Of a DNA stretch of 31,282 bases, positions 17,739-24,399 are shown piece after piece. This DNA comes from Nitrososphaerota archaeon. Its GTDB lineage: Archaea > Thermoproteota > Nitrososphaeria > Nitrososphaerales > UBA57. Location of the stretch: the NCBI GenBank assembly GCA_013378385.1, contig JACAFS010000004.1, positions 1 to 31,282 of the forward strand, written 5' to 3'. Below the pieces are notes generated by a model. That model had not been told where the DNA came from. It worked only from the letters and a program-made list of their open reading frames with translations, and did no database searches. How positions within the stretch are numbered: position 1 is the stretch's first letter; every line of letters begins with the position of its first letter. Made by a program: the position numbers and the translations under genes.

Positions 17739-18331
17739 ACTGATACAAAATTCTTTAGTATTCTTGCTCCAGCCTTTCCTGATTTCTCTGGATGAAATTG
17801 AGTTCCAAATATATTGTTCTTATTTATCATTGATGTAAATTCTATACCGTAGTCCGTTGTAGTAGATATAATTTTAGAATCAGTTGGTTTTGGATACAAA
17901 GAATGAACAAAATACGCCCAAGATTGATCTTCAACACCATCTAAAATACGATCTTTATTGTTCTGTTTTAGAGTATTCCAGCCTATATGAGGCACTTTTA
18001 CATTATTCGAAAAAAGCATTATCTCACCTTCGAAAAATCCTAATCCATCTCCTGGACCTTCCGCGCTTTTTTCAAAGAACAATTGCATTCCCAAACATAC
18101 ACCTAAAATTGGCTTATTATTTTCATAATAATCATTTAAAATTCTCTGATTTACTTGTATCCTCTTCACTGCGTGTTTCCAACCTCCTACACCTGGAAGA
18201 ATAATTCCGTCATATTCTAAATTTGTATCTAATTCTGATGTTACAATAGTTGTAACTCCTAGCTTTTCTAGTGCAGTTTGAATACTAAATAAATTACCTA
18301 CACCATAATCTAATATGGCAATCTTTATCAT
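17723..18331 (-). CDS. hisH: Imidazole glycerol phosphate synthase, glutamine amidotransferase subunit
   Basis: ILDYGVGNL, catalytic Cys in GVCLGMQL, HIGWN and QFHPEKS. Confidence 0.9.
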   Translation of the reverse strand: MIKIAILDYGVGNLFSIQTALEKLGVTTIVTSELDTNLEYDGIILPGVGGWKHAVKRIQVNQRILNDYYENNKPILGVCLGMQLFFEKSAEGPGDGLGFFEGEIMLFSNNVKVPHIGWNTLKQNNKDRILDGVEDQSWAYFVHSLYPKPTDSKIISTTTDYGIEFTSMINKNNIFGTQFHPEKSGKAGARILKNFVSVCGNL

Positions 18332-18915
18332 TACATCATTCCCTTCGATGAGGGAGTTCCATCTCTTCTACTATCTGGTGACATTGCTTCTCTCATTGAT
18401 AATGCCATTGCTTTTATTGCAGCTTCCACTTTGTGGTGATCATTGTTTCCATATTCTACAATGACATGAATGTTTGCTTGTAGACTAGTTGAAAATGACT
18501 GAATAAAGTGATAAATATCTTCTGCAGGCATATCTTCAATTCCTTCTTTATCTATCTTCAAATCTGCAACTTGAAATGGACGTTTAACTAAATCTACCGC
18601 TGAATATGCTAGTGCATCATCCATTGGAACAATTGCAAAACCAAATCTCTTTATAGATTTTCGTTCTCCAAGTGCTTTGTTAATTGCTTCACCTATTGTT
18701 AGTGCAACGTCTTCAGCTGTATGATGAATTAAATCTCCCGTCGCATCAATTTGAATATCAATCAAGCTATGTGTAGCAAATGAAGTGACCAAGTGGTCTA
18801 AGAATTTTACCGAAGTATTAATCTTTACATTTCCGGTTCCTTCTAATTGCACTCTTACTTTAATGTCCGTTTCCTTCGTTTTTCTAGTTACTTCAGCTTC
18901 TCTCAATTCACTCAC
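18331..18915 (-). CDS. hisB: Imidazoleglycerol-phosphate dehydratase (monofunctional)
   Basis: RKTKETDI, DLIHHTAEDVALTIG and NDHHKVEAAIKA, the Mn-binding His clusters of IGPD. 194 aa, with no fused phosphatase domain. Confidence 0.9.
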   Translation of the reverse strand: MSELREAEVTRKTKETDIKVRVQLEGTGNVKINTSVKFLDHLVTSFATHSLIDIQIDATGDLIHHTAEDVALTIGEAINKALGERKSIKRFGFAIVPMDDALAYSAVDLVKRPFQVADLKIDKEGIEDMPAEDIYHFIQSFSTSLQANIHVIVEYGNNDHHKVEAAIKAMALSMREAMSPDSRRDGTPSSKGMM

Positions 18916-20065
18916 TAAATAATTCAGGTATATCGTTAATATTACTTATTATTATGTCCGCTTTCTTGTCTTTAAACAGCTTAATTTTATTTCGTTCTGA
19001 CCTTGAGGAGCCGTATATTCCCGCAAATATGTACTGTTGATTGTTGGCTTTATTTGCCGCTTTTGTCATTAATAGATCCTCCATAGAATCACCAACATAC
19101 AGTATATTTCCTTTTGAAGCTAAATTTGTTAAAGATTTTTTTAATGCTATGGGACTGGGTTTATCAATTTTGGCGCCATATTTTGGAATACGTGCCAAAT
19201 CTTCGATAAATACGTTACCTTTTACATTAAAATATCTAAACAAGTTTCCTAATGTGAATTTTGTCCCAATCTTACCTCTTCCTGATACAATTGCAATATT
19301 TTTCTGAAATCTCTTTTTTAATGCAGTTAACGTCGATTCTTTAACAATCAACTTTTCACTTTCGATAGTTCCTTTACGATTGAAAGTAATAGTATTTGTT
19401 TTTCTAGCCTTTTTTATTAGATTCTTTCCATAGAAATATTCATCAAATACATTGGTTACGATGTTATTCTTTCTATCATTTGTAAAATTCAAGAACTTTT
19501 TAGCAGAATATAATAATTCTTTTTGTTCCTTATCTAATCCTTTACTAATCAATAACTCGATAGATTCTATATCAAATTTCTTTATCTCTTTTGCAAGTTC
19601 ATTTAATTCTCTTGTAAAATTAATCTTTGTATTCTTAGCACTTGATCCGATTTTATTCAATTCTATTAATTCTAATTTTCTAAATGAATTAGAAATATTT
19701 CTCATATTAATATTGTTTAATTCTTGTTCATATGCCTCTGATAAATTCTTAGGTAACATCGATATAATCTTTAATATTATTACATAACAGAACTTGTAAT
19801 CATTATTGAATCCCCCAGTTTGTCTAAAAAGTTCTAGTGTTGTTTTTGATATTTTATATCTACTAAACTTCATATTTATCATATTCTTCAAGATGTATGA
19901 AATTGTAAGCTCTATGCATATATCGTAGGATTTTTTTGAATCAATTAACACTCCATCACAATCAAAAATTATTGTATTAATATTTCTAATATCCCTATCT
20001 GAAATCCTTTGATAGGCTACTCTGTTGTTAATTATTTTTTTTTGATATACTTTTGACATTTTCAT
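18908..20065 (-). CDS. HAD-superfamily phosphatase with a roughly 210-aa cap insertion (candidate histidinol-phosphate phosphatase)
   Basis: All four HAD motifs are present: I IIFDCDGVLIDS, II IAIVSGR, III KIDKPSP, IV LYVGDSMEDL. A long Lys/Asn-rich insertion lies between motifs I and II. The gene overlaps hisD by 38 nt and hisB by 8 nt on the same strand. Confidence 0.75.
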   Translation of the reverse strand: MKMSKVYQKKIINNRVAYQRISDRDIRNINTIIFDCDGVLIDSKKSYDICIELTISYILKNMINMKFSRYKISKTTLELFRQTGGFNNDYKFCYVIILKIISMLPKNLSEAYEQELNNINMRNISNSFRKLELIELNKIGSSAKNTKINFTRELNELAKEIKKFDIESIELLISKGLDKEQKELLYSAKKFLNFTNDRKNNIVTNVFDEYFYGKNLIKKARKTNTITFNRKGTIESEKLIVKESTLTALKKRFQKNIAIVSGRGKIGTKFTLGNLFRYFNVKGNVFIEDLARIPKYGAKIDKPSPIALKKSLTNLASKGNILYVGDSMEDLLMTKAANKANNQQYIFAGIYGSSRSERNKIKLFKDKKADIIISNINDIPELFSE

Positions 20066-21389
20066 TTACAAATCTTGCTTTTGCTGATTCTCCGTGATTG
20101 ATTAAACCCTCTTGGTTTGATAATCTTTCAATCTTCTCTAAATTATTCTTTAATTTCTCTTTAGTTGTTTTTGCAATAAAAAATCTTCTCGTAAAATCAA
20201 TACTAGATAATGCAGAATAAAATTTTCCTGAACCACCTGTTGGTAAGACGTGATTTGTACCTAATCCATAGTCACTAAATGCAGCCGGCGTATAGTTTCC
20301 TATTAATACCACTCCACTTGACGTCATCTCTTTTGCTATGGAATCTTGATTCTCAGTCATAATCTCTAAATGCTCTGACGCAAAATCATTTGCAAAATCA
20401 ATACATTCTTTCATGCTTTTACAATATACTATGAATCCATTCTTCAATAATGATTTACTGACTATGTCTCTACGCTCAATTTGTGGCAATCTTTCTTGTA
20501 TTAATTTGATTAAATCTTTAGCAAGTCTTTTCGACGTTGTAACTACCCCGCATAAGCTATCAGTGCCATGTTCAGCCTGCGCAAATAGATCACTTATGAT
20601 TAATTCTTTATCAGCACTATTGTCTGCAATTATCAGTAATTCTGAAGGGCCTGCAGGTAAATCTATTCCTACATCTTCAGATATTATTTTCTTAGCTTGA
20701 TATACGAAAATATTTCCTGGCCCTACAATTTTCTCGACTGGTTTTATCGTATTTGTTCCGTAACCCATTGCTGCTATCGCTTGAGCTCCCCCTACTTTGT
20801 ATATCTCATCGACTTGGCAAATATCTGCTGCCACAAGTACTGATGGATTAATTTTCTTATCTAAAGATGGAGGTGAACAAACAATTATTCTTTTTACACC
20901 TGCTATCTTTGCTGGAACTGATGACATAACTAAAGATGATGGATACACTGCTTTTCCTCCTGGAACATAACATCCAACACTTTCTAACGGAACCATGTTG
21001 TATTTTATGTAGCTGCGTTTATCTCTTATTTCAACATCATTAACAAAATTAGAGAACGATCCCATTATCTTCTTTTCAGTTCTCTCTACAGATTTTTTTA
21101 AAATCTTTAATTCTTTTACGATTTCTGAATCAACGATTGAGTATGCTTCTTTAATCTCTTTATTATTAACTCTTAATTGATTAGGAAGTAGTTTTACTCT
21201 ATCAAACTTTGACGTGTACTTCAATAAAGCTTTGTCATTATTCTTTTTTACGTCATTCATTATCTTTTTTACATAATCTATGTCAGTAGATTTTACTGTT
21301 CGACGACGAATTTTTTCTGAAGTTTGTTCTACTGTTGATAATTTGTTGATCTCAAAATACTGAATCAAACTATTTACCTTCATCTTCAT
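20028..21389 (-). CDS. hisD: Histidinol dehydrogenase
   Basis: YVPGGKAVYPSS, VGGAQAIAAMGYGT, VGPGNIFV, AQAEHG and GTNHVLPT motifs. 453 aa. Confidence 0.9.
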   Translation of the reverse strand: MKMKVNSLIQYFEINKLSTVEQTSEKIRRRTVKSTDIDYVKKIMNDVKKNNDKALLKYTSKFDRVKLLPNQLRVNNKEIKEAYSIVDSEIVKELKILKKSVERTEKKIMGSFSNFVNDVEIRDKRSYIKYNMVPLESVGCYVPGGKAVYPSSLVMSSVPAKIAGVKRIIVCSPPSLDKKINPSVLVAADICQVDEIYKVGGAQAIAAMGYGTNTIKPVEKIVGPGNIFVYQAKKIISEDVGIDLPAGPSELLIIADNSADKELIISDLFAQAEHGTDSLCGVVTTSKRLAKDLIKLIQERLPQIERRDIVSKSLLKNGFIVYCKSMKECIDFANDFASEHLEIMTENQDSIAKEMTSSGVVLIGNYTPAAFSDYGLGTNHVLPTGGSGKFYSALSSIDFTRRFFIAKTTKEKLKNNLEKIERLSNQEGLINHGESAKARFVNENVKSISKKNN

Positions 21390-22347
21390 GAATCTTCTCT
21401 AATGGTAGTACCTGGACAGGTCTATGTACAATCAAACCTTGCGCATATTTTCTAAGATATGGTAATATCTGAAGAAATTCATCTTTAGGTATTACAGTGT
21501 TAATCGAATACCATTCATCTCTTGATAATTCACTAATGGTGGGGGATTCTAATGACGGAATAATCTTTAAGACACGTTCTAAATTGTTCTTTTTTACATT
21601 CATAAATATGTGTACTTTGGATTTTGCTTCTACTACTCCCTTACATAAACTAATAACATCATAAATTTTTTGTCTTTTTTTGGGATCTTTTAATGCTGTT
21701 TTATTTGCAATTAAATAAGCGGAAGACTCCATTATCGTATCTACAACTTTAAGATTATTTTGCGCCAAAGTTGAACCAGTTTCAATCACATCAAATATTA
21801 CATCTGCCTCTTCTGGAGGTTTTGCTTCTGTTGCGCCAAAAGAAAACACGACCTTGATATCTTTGTTTGTTCCAGTACTAAACCATGGCGTGACAATCGA
21901 CGGTGATTTGTTTCCATATTTCTTCTTGTATATCTCATTATTGAGTAAATATTCTCTTGCCAAATTCAGATACTCGGTTGAAATTCGTAATTGTTTTTTG
22001 TCTTTTATATGATTTTTTAATAAAGATGAGAAATTTTTGCTCTTATTTGCATCTGGTAACGCAACTACTATTCTCACCTTACCATATTCTAAATTGAGTA
22101 ATTTTACTACGTTTGCTTTGTTTTCTCTTATCCAGTCTTCTCCTGATATTCCTATATCTTGAGTTCCTTCCTGTATGTTCTTTGGTATTTCTTGAGGTCT
22201 TAATATCTTCACGCTAATACTACTATCATTTATTATTGGTCTGTATGTTCTTGACTGGCCTTTTATTGTATATCCTGCAGTTTCAAAGAACTGATATGTT
22301 GCTTTTTCCAAAGATCCCTTTGGCAGAGCCAATTTAATTACTGACAT
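21370..22347 (-). CDS. hisG: ATP phosphoribosyltransferase, long form
   Basis: The N-terminus IKLALPKGSLEK and the ETGSTL motif. At 325 aa it is long enough to include the C-terminal regulatory domain, so no HisZ is needed. First gene of the operon. Confidence 0.85.
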   Translation of the reverse strand: MSVIKLALPKGSLEKATYQFFETAGYTIKGQSRTYRPIINDSSISVKILRPQEIPKNIQEGTQDIGISGEDWIRENKANVVKLLNLEYGKVRIVVALPDANKSKNFSSLLKNHIKDKKQLRISTEYLNLAREYLLNNEIYKKKYGNKSPSIVTPWFSTGTNKDIKVVFSFGATEAKPPEEADVIFDVIETGSTLAQNNLKVVDTIMESSAYLIANKTALKDPKKRQKIYDVISLCKGVVEAKSKVHIFMNVKKNNLERVLKIIPSLESPTISELSRDEWYSINTVIPKDEFLQILPYLRKYAQGLIVHRPVQVLPLEKIHEDEGK

Positions 22348-22549
22348 AAAATTTCAATCCTCTTTTTCATAAAAACTAATGATAACTTGCCTATTAAAGA
22401 TAGTAAAATATTATAGTCAAGACTGGAAAATGTACAAAAACGATTATTCGCGGTGAATACAATCACTCATTTTCTTCAAATAAATTCATCTTAATCCTTT
22501 ATTTAAGCATTTGTTGTAATAATTAAATAACAATTGGGCAGGGGTAGCG

Positions 22550-22564
22550 AATCTTAACAGAGCG
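22550..22564 (+). other. tRNA-Leu intron 1 (15 nt, in the D arm; junction ambiguous within 22547-22566)
   Basis: GCGAA occurs at 22547-22551 and again at 22562-22566, so any 15-nt excision in this range gives the same mature sequence. There is an internal hairpin TCT-TAAC-AGA. I could not build a clean bulge-helix-bulge. Confidence 0.55.
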
Positions 22565-22582
22565 AAGCCCGGTCAACCGCGG

Positions 22583-22597
22583 ATTAACAAAGCGGAA
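22583..22597 (+). other. tRNA-Leu intron 2 (15 nt, between positions 27/28)
   Basis: A 4-bp helix CCGC(22577-80)/GCGG(22592-95) is flanked by 3-nt bulges GG|A and AA|A, with an inner TT/AA pair and AACA loop. Cutting after the second bulge nucleotide on each side restores a perfect GAGGA/TCCTC anticodon stem. Confidence 0.7.
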
Positions 22598-22607
22598 AGG
22601 ACTCAAG

Positions 22608-22623
22608 ATCGGCTTGTTGTGAT
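22608..22623 (+). other. tRNA-Leu intron 3 (16 nt, canonical 37/38 position)
   Basis: Lies between CTCAAG and A-TCCTC. Relaxed BHB: the central helix CTCA/TGTG has one U-U mismatch. The junction can slide over the repeated ATC. Confidence 0.65.
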
Positions 22624-22713
22624 ATCCTCTCCTCTAGAGGTTCATGGGTTCAAATCCCATCCCCTGCACTTTCTATCGATACTTTTTTTGACTGGAATAT
22701 ACTTACAATTATT

Positions 22714-23220
22714 ATGATTATTGAATTTAATGGCAACACTCCAAAAATTCAATCTGGTGTGTTTCTTGCTAGCAGTGCAGATATTATTGGTGATGTTGTA
22801 TTAGCAAATGATGTAAGTGTTTGGTATAACTCTGTAATTCGTGGAGATTTTAATTCTATTATCGTCGAGGATTCCTCCAATATCCAAGATAATAGTATCC
22901 TACATGTTGATGCTGATGAACCTCTTAGTATTGGTAAAAATACAACAATTGGTCATGGATGCATAATACACGGATGTACAATTGGAAATTCCTGTTTAAT
23001 AGGAATGGGATCACTAATCATGAACCGCGTTACAATTGGTTCTAACTGTATAATTGGTGCAGGTACTCTGATAACACAGGATACAAAAATTCCTGATAAT
23101 AGTGTTGTAGTAGGAAGACCTGGAAAAATTATCAGACAGATTACTCAATCCGATTTGGCATATATTAATTCTAATGCCAAAGCTTATGTGTCTCTTAAAA
23201 ACAAATACCTTAATCGTTAA
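22714..23220 (+). CDS. Gamma-class carbonic anhydrase-like / left-handed beta-helix (hexapeptide repeat) protein
   Basis: Typical YrdA/PaaY-like N-terminus (NGNTPKIQSGVFLASSADIIGDVVL, SVWYNSVIRGD), His residues in SILHVD and IGHGCIIHGCTIG, and hexapeptide repeats. 168 aa. Confidence 0.85.
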   Translation: MIIEFNGNTPKIQSGVFLASSADIIGDVVLANDVSVWYNSVIRGDFNSIIVEDSSNIQDNSILHVDADEPLSIGKNTTIGHGCIIHGCTIGNSCLIGMGSLIMNRVTIGSNCIIGAGTLITQDTKIPDNSVVVGRPGKIIRQITQSDLAYINSNAKAYVSLKNKYLNR

Positions 23221-23224
23221 TTTA

Positions 23225-23620
23225 TTATTCTTTAATAAATTCTAACGATATTGAATTAATACAATATCTTTTACCTGATGGAAACGGCCCATCATCAAAT
23301 ACATGTCCTAGATGCGAATCACATCTTTTACACAGTACTTCCGTTCTAGTCATTCCTGCTGTCTGATCAATTTCAAATCTCACTGAATCACTATTATACG
23401 GTTCAAAAAAGCTTGGCCAACCAGTTCCCGAATCAAATTTTGTATTTGATTTGAATAAATTATTATTACAACATATGCATTTGTAAACCCCTTTGTCCTT
23501 TGTTTCATAGTATTTACCACTAAATGGAATCTCTGTTGATTTATTACGGCATACATCAAATTGTTCATCAGATAAAATCTCCTTCCATTCACTCTCATTT
23601 TTACGGATTTCATCTTCCAT
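23225..23620 (-). CDS. msrB: Peptide-methionine (R)-S-oxide reductase MsrB
   Basis: Two CxxC zinc pairs ([18 protein letters not shown]), GTGWPSF, and the catalytic RYCINS motif. 131 aa. Confidence 0.9.
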   Translation of the reverse strand: MEDEIRKNESEWKEILSDEQFDVCRNKSTEIPFSGKYYETKDKGVYKCICCNNNLFKSNTKFDSGTGWPSFFEPYNSDSVRFEIDQTAGMTRTEVLCKRCDSHLGHVFDDGPFPSGKRYCINSISLEFIKE

Positions 23621-23675
23621 ACTAAAATTTAGTTGTAAATTGTTATAACTTTTAGTGAAATCTCATTATGAGATA

Positions 23676-23762
23676 TGGGCCCGGAGGGATTTGAACCCAC
23701 GACTTTTGGTTATCTTCTATGATCCGAAGACCAACGCCCTATCCGGGCTGGGCTACGGGCCC
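23676..23762 (-). tRNA. tRNA-Arg (anticodon TCG) with one canonical intron
   Basis: Read on the minus strand: acceptor GGGCCCG/CGGGCCC; D arm GCCC-AGCCCGGATA-GGGC; anticodon arm TTGGT-CTTCGG[intron]A-ACCAA; variable AAGTC; T arm GTGGG-TTCAAAT-CCCTC (one U50-U64 mismatch); discriminator A. No CCA is encoded. Confidence 0.85.
23712..23723 (-). other. tRNA-Arg intron (12 nt, position 37/38)
   Basis: Intron ATCATAGAAGAT. The central helix CTTC (positions 32-35) pairs perfectly with intron GAAG. The 3-nt bulges are GG|A and AT|A, so the predicted cuts fall exactly at the exon junctions. Confidence 0.8.
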
Positions 23763-23847
23763 AACATTACTGAAGTAATTTAATATAAAAGTACAAATTT
23801 ATGGGAAAAAGATATTCCCTATCAATTCCTTAAATCTTATTGTATGT

Positions 23848-24399
23848 GTGATTGACAAATTGGAAGAAACAACTGATATTATTCAAGCAATAGAGAGCAA
23901 CAAGGGATTTTTGATTAAAGATAAAGACTCCCGTCAAGAATTGAAAATTCGTGGCTTCGGCGAAGGAAAAAAACATGGATTATTATTAAGGGACTACGAA
24001 GCTCTTTATCTAATCTATTCTTCCAAACTTGACGTTATCAAGGACGATAAAAAGCTAACTTTTAATGACGTTCTTCAAACTGCTCTAATACGTGATGAAC
24101 ACGCTTGGACAAAATTCTTAATTTACAAAGATATTAGAACTCGTGGTTATGTAGCTAAAGAAGGCTTTGGTTTTGGTGCAGATTTTCGTGTTTATGATAA
24201 AGGAAATTTTGGTTCAAAAGCTGCAAAATATATTGTCTTTGCTATGAATGAAGGCAATGAAATAAATATAAAATCTTTGACCGATTCTGTAAAACAAATT
24301 TCTAGAATGGGCAAAGTTCCAATTATTGCAGTTGTTGAAAGACGAGGTGAAGTTATTTATTATCATTTATCTAAATCTCATTTTCGTGAATTGCGTTGA
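23848..24399 (+). CDS. endA: tRNA-splicing endonuclease (EndA catalytic-type subunit)
   Basis: 183 aa with two-domain EndA layout. The C-terminal half carries GFGFGADFRVYDKG, consistent with the catalytic-Tyr region as I recall it for this family. GTG start; the stop overlaps the TTG start of the next gene (TTGA). Confidence 0.75.
   Translation: MIDKLEETTDIIQAIESNKGFLIKDKDSRQELKIRGFGEGKKHGLLLRDYEALYLIYSSKLDVIKDDKKLTFNDVLQTALIRDEHAWTKFLIYKDIRTRGYVAKEGFGFGADFRVYDKGNFGSKAAKYIVFAMNEGNEINIKSLTDSVKQISRMGKVPIIAVVERRGEVIYYHLSKSHFRELR

Larger units (their letters stand above)
22538..22668 (+). tRNA. tRNA-Leu (anticodon CAA) with three introns
   Basis: 131-nt GC-rich island. Removing insertions of 15, 15 and 16 nt gives an 85-nt class II tRNA. 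Its parts are: acceptor GCAGGGG/CCCCTGC; D arm GCG-A-AGCCCGGTCAA-C-CGC; anticodon arm GAGGA-CTCAAGA-TCCTC; long variable arm TCCTCTAGAGGTTC; T arm ATGGG-TTCAAAT-CCCAT; discriminator A. No CCA is encoded. Confidence 0.8.

Noticed and set aside
18908-20065. Expectation that the gene between hisD and hisB would be the aminotransferase hisC
   Set aside because: The protein has the four HAD phosphatase motifs and nothing resembling a fold-type I aminotransferase (no PLP-lysine context, and an incompatible domain layout).
22551-22567. Alternative 17-nt version of tRNA-Leu intron 1, based on the best BHB-like fold (TAGC/GCGA helix with hairpin TCT-TAAC-AGA)
   Set aside because: It would delete the near-universal A14/R15 of the D loop and break the exact colinearity with class II tRNA-Leu. 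The helix also contains a G-A mismatch.
23660-23674. Perfect 7-1-7 palindrome ATCTCAT-T-ATGAGAT one base from the tRNA-Arg 3' end and about 40 nt upstream of msrB
   Set aside because: Short AT-rich palindromes of this size are expected several times by chance in 31 kb of one-third-GC DNA. There is no second copy or supporting context, though it could be an operator or trailer hairpin.
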